A stretch of DNA of 64,000 bases from Sphagnum compactum (Eukaryota). The stretch covers positions 1,178,001-1,242,000 of the forward strand of contig OZ234493.1 of assembly GCA_965153455.1 (NCBI GenBank), read 5' to 3'. Below, one piece after another: positions 1 through 12,770 of this stretch. Numbering within the stretch: position 1 is the first letter of the stretch; every line of letters starts with the position of its first letter. A program made the translations under genes and the position numbers. The notes beneath the pieces were generated by a model, which searched no databases, was not told the DNA's origin, and was given only the letters and a program-made list of their open reading frames with translations.

Positions 1-1684
1 AGATCAGGGTTTTATTATGTGCACTTTAAGAGAGTTGCTAGCATTGCTTTTGGACCGATCTCACATGTGAAAGGGACATGTGCTTAAGGCTCTTCTAAAT
101 TGTTAAGGTTGCACCATGGAGTGCACCAATCCAGATGAAGGTTTTTTTGAGTTTCCTGTGTTGACATTTCCCCCTCTTTTGTATATTACTGATTCTTTTG
201 CTTGTCTCATTTGTAAGGTAATGAGATAGTTGAGAGCACGTCCCTGTTAGTAACTTTGGTCTGGATATCTCCTAGGTCATATACTGGTGTGAATGTTGTA
301 GTTTTAGCGAGCTCAAAGGATGTTCAATTACTGGGAGTTGCATGAAAATGGTACAAGAATGTCTAATTGGTGCATTTGGCTCAGGTATTCAATGCAAGAT
401 AATACAGTAAGATTATGTAGCTTCATAACCTCAAACGGCAGTGATTTCTCTTTGCTTTAAAGAGTCAAGGATAGACTGACCATTTTGCGATGGATCCTCT
501 ATGCTGGTTGGTGCAGGAAAGAGAGGTCCTGATCAGTCTACTGATAGGTCCTGACTTGGTTACTATGAGTATTTCTTTCACAGGCTGTTGGATATGACAT
601 TGCCTCTTGCACAGGACGTTGCAGATTCAAATTTGGTGGAGACCAGTAGTAATGTGGGCAAGTAGGTTTGCAGGATGTTATGCAGCACACGTGGAAGGAT
701 ATGAGCAAGTATTTGAAGCACCAGAACTGCATGAGCAACTGAATGCCTGCCTATCAGAGCTTGTAAGTGGAACAATATTGTCTTGTCCTTTCATCACAGC
801 TTGTAAAAGGAGACATAATGTCAGAGCGTGTCAGGGAGGACTATCATGTATTATCTGATGGCCAGTAGGAGGACCCAGCTGAGCAGTGGGTGGCCGCATG
901 CTGGGTCTGACCAATGGTTGTTGTATGATGGCACTTGGGAGAGATTCTGCAACATCATTAGGAAGTTGGTAGACAATTTTCTATACCTTAAGATGTTCTC
1001 TATGTGCCAGTTGCATGCATTTGGAGGAGCAGTTGCCCCAGGAATCTCAGGGTGAAGGGCAGAATCTCTCCCAGCTTGCATGCATTTGACCAAGTCGTTG
1101 CCCTAAGAAGCTTAGGGCGCAGGGCAGAATCTCCAGGTAATGGGGTTTTTTTTGGGGAAAAATGCTAGAACCTATGGATAAGGGTAATACTGCTTTGCCC
1201 AAAATACAGTGGTTTTGGGTTTAGGGTTTTCTGAAGATGCGATTCTGGGTGCGGACCAGATTTAGGGTTGTAAATTTAAAGTGTTACTGTTGTTCAATTT
1301 AACATGATTTCTAGTTTTCCTATTCAACACATAATTTGTCCAGAAATTTTTAAAAACAATGTGAAGAACATATTTTGAAACAAATCATGTTATTATGTCA
1401 CGTTTAGCTTTAATCTACAATGAGTTGAGGCATGTGTGCAATTTTCAAAGGCAGAAAACACTACAATCTCTTATCCTAAAGTCTGACTTGTATCACCTTT
1501 ATAATTTCTAAACTTAAAAAGTCTAACTTGCATTACCCTTGCATATGCAAATGAATTGTTAGATTCATGATAAACTTTGCAACACATCTTTCCTTAGAAG
1601 AAGACTTAACACTAGAGATTTAAGATTGAATTGACACAGGACTGAAATTAACAAACATTGACAAAATCACAACAATTGAATCCG

Positions 1685-2170
1685 CTGGTTCTCTCGTGAC
1701 TAGGTTTGGTCACTTCTCAGCCGTTGTTTATGATATCGCCCCGGTTCTCTCGTGCCTGGATTGCTCAGCCGTTGTTCTTGATGTCCTCCGGTTCTCATGT
1801 GACTGGATTTGGTCACTCCTCAACCGTTGTTCCTGATAATCCGCCGGTTCTCAAGTGACTGGATTTGGTCACTCCTCAACCGTTGTTTCTGATAATCCGC
1901 CGGTTCTCAAGTGACTGGATTTGGTCACTCCTCAACCGTTGTTTCTGATAATCCGCCGGTTCTCAAGTGACTGGATTTGGTCACTCCTCAACCGTTGTTT
2001 CCGACACCATCCGGTTCTCACGTCACCGGATGCGACCATTGCTTAGCCGTCGTATATCATATCCCCCGGTTCTCTCGTTACTCGATGCGGCCATTCCTAA
2101 GTCCTCGTACATGATATCCTCCGGTTCTCATCGGCGAGGTGCGGTTTCAAGCGACCGGAGGTTCTCAATG
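1685..2170. repeat. 56-bp minisatellite (~8-9 units, degenerate at both ends) upstream of the LEA gene
   Basis: Unit CCGGTTCTCAAGTGACTGGATTTGGTCACTCCTCAACCGTTGTTTCTGATAATCCG; GGATTT recurs at 1805, 1861, 1917 and 1973 (period 56). Each unit has an AGTGAC...GTCACT inverted repeat. Confidence 0.9.
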
Positions 2171-2499
2171 GCTTGAGGAGGGGGGACGGGGGAGGGAGCC
2201 AGCACAAAGGGTTCTGTGATCTCGGACTGCAGAAAGAACGACATGTGTCGCATGCGCACAAGGCAGCTAACTTGGCAAGTTTGCCAACTCAAGGCCAAGA
2301 AACCAAGGACTTGGGTGCCTTTGTATTGTTCCTTGCAAATGGATTCTACATGAAGACTTGTATGTTCGGAGACAAGATTTGGATTTGGATTTGAGGAGAC
2401 ACAAGAAGAACAGCTTTCGAGTTTCAAAAGATTCTGGTTTGTTGAAGAAGAGGAGATTTTGCTCCACAAGAATCTGTTGTTTTGAGAATTTTTGCAAGG

Positions 2500-5484
2500 A
2501 TGATGATGATGATGATGAACATTGTAGGACTACTGGGTTTGTTGCTGTCATCGTCACTGGGTAGCTCCGTGATGCTTTTGTCGTCCCCTTTTGATCCCAA
2601 TTTTGTGAAGAATCATCCTGCAGAGGTGATGAAATCCACAGAGAAGCTCAGTAGTAAGGAGCAAGAGAGAGCTGTAGATGATCATCTGATTGTTGCTCAA
2701 GAGAAAGCAGCAGCTGCAAGTGAGGTCTTTGACGAGGTGACTCGACTCTTGGAAGGTGTCACTGCTGGAAAGCTTGCTGCTGCTTCCGATTCCATCCAAT
2801 CCAAACCTGTAGAAAACTTCCAGAAAACAGGTACACAGAAGAGATCTCAGGATTTAGGGTTTAGGAGAGATCTCTTCTTCTCCTTCTTCTTCTTGGGAAT
2901 TTCAAGCGAGAACTTCGAATTCTCCATGATCTGACAGACAGATACACAGAGTTTGTCCAGATCAATGATGGGTGTTTTCGTTTTTTGGGGGGGGCAAAGG
3001 ATTTGTTTCTGAGTGTTTTGTTCTCTTGTTGTTGCTACAGAGAACTGCATCCAGGAGACCATTGAGAAGAGCCGTGATGTTGCTGCCAATGTGGAACACA
3101 CTGTGCTTGATACTGTTGATTCAGCAAAAGAAAAGATCTCAGAGACTGCAGCAACAGCCAAGGATACTGCAGCCAGAGTAAGCATTCATCAAGTCCTTTT
3201 GCACCACTCTATCTTCATTCACAGATTGAAGCTTTTGGCAGAGTCTCATGATTTCTCCTCTGATATTCTCTCTCTTTCTCTCTCTCTCCAAGGCTTCAAA
3301 TCCATTTGACTCTGGAAGAAATTGTATTATGTGAATTGGCTGCTGCATTGCCGTGAGGAATACAAGTCTGTTGCTGTTGAGAGGATGGCAGGCAGTTGAG
3401 AAAACCAAGGAGGCAGCTGAAGGTGCATATGATATTGTATCTTCAACTCTAGGATCAGCAAAAGAGAAAACGTCTGATGTAATTGGATCTGTGAAGGAGA
3501 GGCTGGAAGAAGCAGTTGATTTAGCAAAGGACAGCAAGAAGGAGACTTCTGATGCTGCTGCACATTCAACTGGAAAGGAAAAAATATGTAATGCTGCTGA
3601 ATCAACAAAGAACAGTGTACTTGGTACAGTGGTGGGAGGACCCACCCAGGACACAACTGAGTTCTTGAGTGACACATCTAAAGGAACAGCAACAAATGCT
3701 GCTGATGATGATGATGAATCTGAGAGTGCAAAAGCGAAATCTAGGGCTGGCAGTCAGGGAGCTTTACATATACCTGGAGACTACACTGAAGATCAGAAGA
3801 AACCTGGGCAGTACTCTAAAGATGCAAGAGATAAAAGCAGTGAACTCTATGAGGCAAAAGTCCAGATTCCACAGGATGTGTTGGAAAAAATTATAGTTGG
3901 TGATGCTCAAGAGGGCGTGAAAGACAAGCTTGGAGTGTTTGCACAGACCGTTGGATGGAGACGGGTTGGTGTCATTATGGGTTATGATCCAAGTCAGCTA
4001 TCCCCATATGAGATAGTGCTTGGAGATGTCAAATATGTGTGGGAAGGAGATCGTCATCATCATCCAGAGACACTTATCAACAAAGTACTGAGGTCAATCA
4101 AAGGAGTTGCCAAGAATGTGAGTCGAATGCTATGGTTTTCTGGAGGCTCTCAGAAGCAAAAAGTCCACCAGGCTTCCAAGGAGGGGATGACACATGGGAG
4201 AGAAGAGAATTTTGGGGTGAAGAAGAAGCTAGTGGATGCAAATAAGGATGCAACTGTGAATGGTCATTATGCAGATGATGCCATTTATAAAGGAAAAGAG
4301 AGTTTAATGGAAGGGAAGACAAGCTCAGCTGCTAGGAAAGAATACAAATCAGGACATGTGCAGGCAAACAAAGATGTGAACCAGGCCTGCAGTGAGCTCC
4401 AAGGGGCTGTTGGATGGCTGCAAGACAACACAACCAGTGAAGGTAAGTATCCATGAGTTGCTTGTAAACAATTCATGTATAGAGAGTTTCACACTCCTTG
4501 TTTGTTGTTTTTTTGTTTTGATGAAAGAATTTTTTCTGGAGTGCAATTTATCAGTGAGTTTTTTCTTTTCTCTACTCTCTGCTGCATACTACAAGTCATC
4601 TCTCTCCCAGTGGCTGATTGATTCTTTGAAATGCAGCAGCTAAGCAGAATCGTACCTGGAAGCATGTGTTTTTCTCAAGGCCAAAGGGATTCCACCTTTC
4701 TCTCATCCGCCTTCTACATCTTTTCACCTTCTCCATTATCTCTGGTTCAGCGATGTGGGTGACATTTGTGTCAGGGCTTATCCTTTCCACCAGCCTTCCC
4801 AGGCAACAGTTTGCCTATGTGCAAAGCCGCATATTTCCAATTTATCTCACAATCCTTGCCACTGGAGAGTTGGTCCTCTGTCTGCTTCACTCCCTACTGC
4901 ACCCATGGTTCTCCGCTGACAGACTTGAGAGGTGGCAATTACAAAACATTGTTTGGACTCTGATTGCTACTCTGTTCAACCTCTTGGTTCTTGAACCCTG
5001 GGAAACAAAGGTAAAAAGAAAATATTCTGTGCTCCACCACCCAGCAGAATCAAATCTGCTTTGTTTTGCATTGTTGTTATTGGAAAGCATAACAGTCAAG
5101 TTCTCATGTCTGACAAAAAAATTGAGGTGAAGAAGCTCTCTATTGGAAGGTCATGTATGAACAGAAAAAGAACAAGAAGAAGCTAAGGGATTAGTGCAAA
5201 ATCTTTTAGGCTTTGAGAAATTGGTGGGGAGAAACTCTTGCTCTTTGCAGGCTTTATATCAAAAGCTGAAATTGGAGAAACTTGATGAAGGGAGGAGGGT
5301 TCATGAAACAACTACCACCCCAGAAGACACCGTGCCAGTAGAACAGGAAGAGAAACAAAGGAAAATTGAAGCAATCAACAAAAAGATGAAAACACTGCAC
5401 ATGTACTCATCTGCACTGAACTTACTCACCTTGGCTGGTTTGATGTGGCACCTCTGGTACTTGGCACGCCGCTGTGTGATCTGA
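2500..5484 (+). CDS. LEA domain-containing protein with N-terminal signal peptide and C-terminal DUF4149/TMEM205-like membrane domain (~708 aa, 5 exons)
   Basis: Exons 2500-2830, 3041-3177, 3392-4442, 4637-5010, 5251-5484; all introns GT-AG, phases consistent, 2127 nt total. Hydrophobic N-terminus MMMMMMNIVGLLGLLLSSSLG; LEA-type A/K/E/T repeats (SAKEKISETAATAKD, AVEKTKEAAE); DUF4149 motifs GSAMWVTFVSGLILSTSLPRQQFAYVQSRIFPIY and LHMYSSALNLLTLAGLMWHLWYL. Confidence 0.88.
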
Positions 5485-7247
5485 TTTAAATTTATTTTTT
5501 TCCAGCTTCCTCAATCTTTTCTTCTGTATAGTGGATACATGTATGGTAGAGTGTGAAGGGTTCAGGATTTAGGTCTTGTGAATATGAGATGGGTTTCGGG
5601 TTTAAGGGTTTAGGTCTTGTGAATATTAGCACTAGTCCACTTGATATGACCACAACCCAAAATTGCCCCTTCTTTTACAAGCAGAAATGATGCAGGTGAT
5701 AGTACACCGCATTTAGTTCTTTCTGGCTGAGTTGTGAAGGATGAAGGTAGTTAAAGTAGTAGACCAGAGAAGAAGAGCTTTGGTTGGGGTATTCACTCTT
5801 GTATGTACAAATAAAATGTGAAATGGACAAAAACAATCTGTGCATAGCAACTCAACAAGTTTTATAAAGATGGGTTTGTAGTTTGTACCATATCTCAATC
5901 GCAGTTTTAAGTAGCAGCATATGAGCCAGGGGTTTTGAGCTTTGCAGCTTTAGAAGATGGAACAGGAGACCAGAGCCATCAGGGCAACTCTTGAAGGGTT
6001 TAAAAGCCTAAACCCTAAACCTAAGCCCTTCAAGAGCTCTACTCTTGAAGGATTAAAAACTGTCTGTTTAAGGCATTGTACACAACGTGTATGTCCTTGT
6101 GTGCTTGCTGATTTGTCCATTGAAGAAATTAATACCCAATTATCAAACATATTCATAAGGAAAACCAATTATTGATGGATGGTGGAGTCCAAACTTAATT
6201 CAATGAGTGGCAGAGAAATTCATACATGACAAACAGACAACTAGGGTTACAAGTTTAAAACTTGATTAGATTGCACACTTGGACACAAACATGAGCGGGT
6301 GTGGGTTTGATGAACATATGAGACATTATTAATAATGGTGGATAAGGTGAAACCAAACATCTTGAAAATGTGTTTTTTTGATGTCTCAAGCATCAAAACT
6401 ACTGAGAGAACAAAATTATCATGAATTTGAGCATGGAAAAATAAACCAGACCATTGCACAAACATGACAAGATGAACCAAGATTACGACCGTATACCAAA
6501 TGTGTATTTCAAATCAGTTCATGAACATAATATGGGAAAATATGAACATGAATCACGGACATGATAATGAACAAAACTACATTCCGAGGGTTATACTTCA
6601 GATCAATGCTAATCGTATTGAAGGTAATAATGGGTCATATTATTTCTTTTCAACACTTGCCTGGTGATTCATGTCATGGAAGCTTCTGTAACAAAATCTT
6701 CCAAACTTTTTCCAGTATGGCATATGTGTGAAGTTTGTGAAGAAATTTTGGATTGATGGGTACCATTGAGATTGCCATCACGTTGGCCAGAGTTTAAAAA
6801 GATTGTGTGTGCTTCAAGGATTTCGTTTGCATGTATGTACAAAGAGCAAGTGAAAATGAAACAAAGCTTTTGCTGCATATTATATCAAAAATCCCATTCA
6901 CAATGGGTTGCTCATTGATGAGTAGGTACTCAGGATTGAGTGTTTTTCCCTAGTACATATTTTTAAAGGAGTTTTGCATATCCAGGTTTTCAACCTTGAT
7001 GTACGGATGGTGTCATCAGTCAAAACTGCAAAAGCCTTGCACAGATGTTCTGTTGGGGGTGTAGGTCACTCACAAAAAAGAGTGCCACAAGTTTACATAC
7101 GCAACTTTATAATCTATGGGTGCTACAAATAAGTGGTGATCTCTACAGATATAATGGTATACATTCAGCACAAGACAAGACATGCAAATGCATGGTGCAT
7201 TTGTTTTGCAATGTAAGAAAAAAATAAAACACATGTGTGTGCCCTTT

Positions 7248-10200
7248 CTATGCACTATATAACATCGTCTTGCGTATCCTGCTGAAAGACTTGCTCTTCA
7301 GATGTTGTGATGATGATAATGGTAGACTCTGATTTGCTCCTGGCGCTTGCTGTTTCTGTGCCTTGTCTGCATTTGCCTCTGTGCTCCTTATTCCTGAAAG
7401 ACAAAAGAGTAGCAAAGAGTTGCAAATTGGGGGCTTAGTTTAGGAAGAAGTGAATTTTATCTGCAAACTTTCTTCTTTTAAAAAATGATTTGCCATAGCA
7501 CACTATGTGCAACAAGCTTCTACATTCATATTTTTGCGGTGGGTCTGGTTTTGATTCAAAACAACACCATTCTTTGCTTCCAAAGATTAATAAGCAAAGG
7601 GTCTTGATATGACAATGGTGGGATTTTCTTGGAAGGTATATAGAGAGAAAAAAAGGCAGGAGAAGAAGAAGAAGATGGTACCAGATGGTGATGGAAGGTG
7701 AAATCTGGCAAGTGCTGATAGAGGTGCTGCAATAATTTTGGTGGGAAGAAAAGTAGTAGTCGGTACAGGAGGAGGAGTCTGCAATTGCAGTGAGTCCTCA
7801 CCATCAAGGCTGCTACTACGAGTGCCAGCTTCTGATGTTGATGTCTGCTCGTTGCTATGGTGTCCATCCATAGATGAGAAGTACAAGTCTTTCTCTGAGC
7901 GTTCTGAGTGATCAGGTTCTGGTTCTTCACCTCCTGATTGCCCTGCAAAAGAAAGAAAATCACACACAAATCAACACACAAGAAAACCACACTATTTCTT
8001 TCAAAAAATAATGAGTTTCAAGTAATAAAATGATCACTACAACAATGGGTGTGCAACAATTTTGGAAGGACATCACCAACATTTTGCATTGCACTATACA
8101 AGTGAAGAAGAATAAAACCTAAACCCTAAAATCCTAAACCCACAAAACAGGATCCATGAGTTCAAAACTCTCACTGGAGAGTTGAGACGCATCTCCATAA
8201 ATATCGGTAACTAGTTTTGAAACTTTTTCTTCGCTTTCAACTTCCCTCACTGCACAAAAAAATTAGGAAGAGATCAAAAAAATTTAGCCTCCATCAATCA
8301 ACAACAACCACAATCACCAAACATCTCTCTACTACCCATGAGGGAGAAATATTGTATCTACGAGATTTGTTGCGGAGAAAAACTCTTTGTAACACTAGAT
8401 TACAAAAAAGCCACTTTGAAGATTGTATGCGTTGCCATAGATCGAATCAACAATGGAACTTTTATGGGATGGCGGTTTGATTCATGTACATTGTTTGTAG
8501 AAACCATTTCTTCCAAGCGAACCAGATCCAACCAGAAGTGTGGTGGCCATGTCAATGTCCCTTTTTGAAGCCAAATCCAAGTTCTTCGTATCCAGCAATA
8601 TTCCCGCCAACTGCCCCGAACCCCAATTTTTTTAAATTATTTAAACTGACCCAAAATAAATAAATTATTGGGCACCTTATTGTGGAACCAGCTAAGGTAC
8701 TATGGTATTGCAAGAAAGGGGGATAAGTGCTAGTACCAAGAGAGTCTTCATGTATCGGAGTTGCAATAGGGAATGCGCTTCCTTCTGTAACTGTTCGCCT
8801 AAGAGCGTGCACACTGATCCAACCTAACAGAGAGCCACAAATTTAACCCTAAAAATTAAGCAAAACCCTAAACCCTAAACCCATACGAATCACAACTTGC
8901 ACCAAAATCTTCCGAAGAATGAAAAGAAAAAAAAAAGAAAAAAAAAAGAGGGACTTCGATTTACAAGCAAACATTGCATTGACACAACTGATCCACACCA
9001 TTTAAGGCCCCTAAATAAATAATTTAAATAAATAAATAAATTCGGGCACCTTATTTGTTGTGACCAGTAGGTCTTGGCCAATGTCTTGTATCTTAATCCG
9101 TCCAGCTTTCGTTAATTTCTCCCATTCAACCTGCACATCGAGATTGAATCAAGGAGTCGAACTAAAAATCCAATAGCCAGATTTCTGCCACAACAAAAAG
9201 CTTCAAGGAGTCGAACTAAAAATCCCAATAGCCAGATTTCTGACACAACAAAAAAAAAAGCTTCAAGGAGTCGAAATAAAAACCCAATAGCCAGATTTCC
9301 GACATAACAAAAAGCTTCAAGGAGTCTTAACTAAAAATCCAATAGCCAGATTTCTGACACAACAAAAAGTGTGTGTTAAATAAAATGCCAAACAAAATGC
9401 GGCATGACGGCGTGCATTACCCTTAAAACCTAAAGATACCCATCCCATTCAAGATCAATCTTCCCCTCAAATTGAATTTTTTTTTATTTTTTTATTTATT
9501 TTGCAGTAAAGAAAGCATTAAAAAGCTGTGTGTTACATTAGAGATAAATGCCAGACAAAAATTATATATTAGGTTATGCGCATTACCCTAAACCCTAAAA
9601 CCTAAACCCTAAAGATACCCTCCCTTTCAAAGGTCAATCTTCCCATCAAATGGATTGTTTTTCCCCACTGAAGAAAGCGCATTACAAAGCAGAGTGTTTT
9701 ATTGCATGGTGAAACTCCAGAATAAATTTGAGTTCCGGTTTTATTCTGAGTGTGTATCTTAGTGTTGTATTGCACGGTGAAGCTTAAGATTGAGTTAATA
9801 TGGTGATTAAAAATCCAATCTACCCAATAATAATTTATGTTTTGGGCTACCCAAAACGGGACAATTGAAGGTTTTGGTGTAGAGATGGTCTGTCTAATGA
9901 AGAAGATGGGGTCGGAAATTTTTTACCTCATCAACGAAAAGTAAAGCATGAGCATCAACGCCACAAGCATCAAAAAGCCAGGCTGCATCTTTGTGATTGT
10001 GCATACTCTGTCGTGCAATGTTCACAACTGGGACCAAATGCCAGTTCTCAGCAGCTCTCACGGGAGGAGGTGAAGCGCTGTTTTCCATCAACCATGCCAT
10101 CAAGAGTGCACTCACCATGGAGCTCACTTCTGTATGCAGAAAAAGAAATATATATTGTTGTTATGTTGTTGTTGTTGTTGTTGAACCCAGAAATTGAAAA

Positions 10201-12770
10201 AAAAAGCCTAAATAAAAGTTGTTCAACAACTACTTCATCTTTTGTCAAATTGTTGTTATCTGATCTGAACAACCCATTGTGGAGGAGTTGTGATATATCA
10301 GGGCAGCAGACATTTTGGTAAGTTTCTCTCAACTTCATCCTATGTAAGAAGAAGCAAATATGCTACTGTTTCTTTGAATGGGAAAACAATGGCAGCTCAA
10401 GAGTATTATGAATAAAGACAGGAAGAAACAAAAATTGGCAATGTTTTGTACCACATTGGGTGCCAGAGCGGATGATGTGAAAGCAATCAGTATTCTCAGC
10501 TGAATGTTGTTGTTGTTGTTCTTGTTCTTGGTCGTGTTGTTGTAAGCTGCTGGAGAGTCGTTTCTTTTGGAGTCGCAGGAACTTATTGAAATGCTGAATC
10601 TCTCTACACTTGAACATAAACTTGAGGGGTGATGAAGAAAGCGCCACCACTTCCTCAATTGTTAAGTTGTTCTGTTCAGACCGTAGCAACAATGTCGGTG
10701 GCTTTTGCAATTCTTCTTCTGTCTCCAGACACTCCATTGACAAACTCCTCATCTTTGTCCGCTTCACAAGCTTGGACTCACCACCACCACCACCACTCTT
10801 ACAATCCACCACAAAATTTACTTCCTTAACCATGTTATCATTATTACCATTTTCTACTTCTTCTTCTTCTGAGACTACCTTGCTGTGTGATCTAGAGCTC
10901 CATTTCCATTTGCTGAAAGGCCAGCTGCTGCGATTGGGCTTCTGCGGTTCAGGAGGCTTTGCAACAAAGTCTTTTGTTGAATCACTTGTAGTACTGCAGC
11001 ATTGTTCTTCATGGGTTTGAAAGCTGTGATGCTCCTCCTCATGATTTCCTTCTGCAATCTCAACATTATTTCCATCACCAGCCTCATGTTGTCGATGGAC
11101 TAGATCATCATCAACAACAGTAGATTCATCAGTTGTCACACAATTGTGTGCTGCTTTTGGAGCTGAATTCGAGACTTCTTTCTTCTTCCCATGTCTTAGA
11201 TCAAGTCTTTCTTCTTCTGCTGCTGCTGCTGCTGCAACAACAACAACTGGGGTTGTTGTTGCATCTTGCTTGCCACTATTGGAGTTGTCAGAACCAATTA
11301 CAGTTTGGCCAATCCCCTCCCAATGTGATGATGATGATGATGCTGACCCCTGCTGCTTTCCTCCAGCAACAAGTCGCAGACGTTGCAGCCACGAGGAGGA
11401 GGTTCGAATTGCAGATCCAGCTCGCCTTCTTCGAGGTGTTGTTGGCAATGATGTTGGAGGTCCAGCTGTGGGATGATCTGATATGATAAACTCCAATTGT
11501 GCATCATCATAACTATTAAAGTCCCTCCCCACTCGCATCGATCCACCTACTAATACGTGATGGTTTTTGCTCAAGGAATTAGCATCAAAGGAAGAAGAAG
11601 AATTGTACTGGGATTCATCGAACAAGAGTGAGTTTGCAAGAGCTTTTCTATGAGAATGTGGACGATAATCACTTGATGTTGATGATGACTTTTGCAATTG
11701 AATCGGCAAGAGCTGTGTACTGTGTGTTGGATTTCCAGACAAAATGTTGTCACCCATGTTCTGAATTGCTGAGGACTCTAAGAAGAAGCTGTTGGTGCTG
11801 TCATCATGTTGGGTGGTGGTAGATTTCTTCACTTCATGCTCAGCTGCTTCTTGCTGGCCGCTGCAGCTACTGGCAGTGACATCAGCAACACTCCTGTTGT
11901 CTCCAGGAGGACAAGGCAAAGCTTGTGCCGAAGAAGAATTGTTGATCAAAGACCCATGAGCTTCTGACAAAATCAAGCTCACTTCATTCACATGTTTGAT
12001 ATCTGCATCAAGAGAGCTCAGTGTAGTTGCACTCTCAACTGCTGCTGCTGCTGCATCTTTCATCAGCATTTGCTTAGTTTTGCAAGAAGCTGCTGCTGTT
12101 GGATCCTGTGCCAGTGTTTGTTTCCTTGTGCGGCAAAATTCAGCAACTTTAGAAGAGCTTCTGATCATACCAGACTTCAATGGAGCAGGTGGAATTGGGT
12201 GCAGCTGCTGCTGCTCTTGAACAACAGTACTAGGTTTGGGAAGCTCAAAAGACTTTCTCTGATCTTTTGTTGTTGCAGATGCAGCAGCATATTTCCATGG
12301 AAGAAGGTTGAAGCTTGATGATGATGGCAGCCGATCATCGACCTTGAGCTGCTGCTGCTGCTGTTTGTGATGATGCAGAGATCCAGCAGCTTGTTGGTGC
12401 CATGGTAATATGAAGCCTGCCTACAACCCAAGTGCAACACCACACAAAAAATTTGCCATTGAAGCTCACAAGAAGCTCTCAAGAGTTCTGGAATTCACCC
12501 AAACAAGCATATGTACAAGCCTGCAGCAATCATGGCTCAAGTGCAGAGCTTGAAGAAGAAGAAGAAGAAGGAGAGATGCAGGTGGTGAGGTACCAGATCC
12601 ATTTTGGAAGCTAGAGTGGAGGTGAACTCCTTTGCAGAAGCACTGAAGCTCCTACGGAACTGTCCTACTGCTGAGTTCTTCCACCATGAAGAACTGGGAT
12701 CCTTTGATATTGATCTCCGGAAATGGAGCTGTTCCTCTGCTGCTGCTATCTCTGTCGCGCCGTCGCTCAT
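7248..12770 (-). CDS. DHH phosphoesterase superfamily, PRUNE/exopolyphosphatase-like protein with long low-complexity N-terminus (~1039 aa, 9 exons)
   Basis: Minus-strand exons 12770-12594, 12420-10452, 10129-9927, 9130-9050, 8823-8737, 8610-8490, 8249-8175, 7942-7682, 7393-7248; all GT-AG, phases consistent, 3120 nt. Spliced motifs FHIIRSGTQCEVSSMVSALLMAWL, VPVVNIARQSM, WLFDACGVDAHALLFVDEV, VGSVCTLL and LLAGILLDTKNL follow the PPX1/PRUNE motif order (DxDS, VPVLNI, GSCxTL, ILLDT). The start codon is the least certain part. Confidence 0.82.
9149..9369. repeat. Intronic tandem repeat, 4 units of ~54-60 bp
   Basis: TCAAGGAGTCGAACTAAAAATCCAATAGCCAGATTTCTG.CACAACAAAAAGCT starting at 9149, 9203, 9263 and 9317, immediately upstream (minus strand) of the exon 4 acceptor of the PRUNE-like gene. 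Confidence 0.9.

Noticed and set aside
1-1140. Short plus-strand ORFs and splice-like signals (607-858, 828-1055)
   Set aside because: No phase-consistent model or recognisable domain could be built; may be a UTR or gene fragment continuing from outside the window.
1685-2170. CRISPR-like appearance of the palindromic tandem array (also 28530-28680)
   Set aside because: Units repeat in full with no unique spacers in the first case and only a 9-bp core in the second; eukaryotic context with no cas genes.
10048-10338. 96-aa ORF and candidate acceptor at 10340
   Set aside because: Joining it in the required phase gives an immediate stop, whereas the acceptor at 10130 restores the PRUNE motif, so this is intron.
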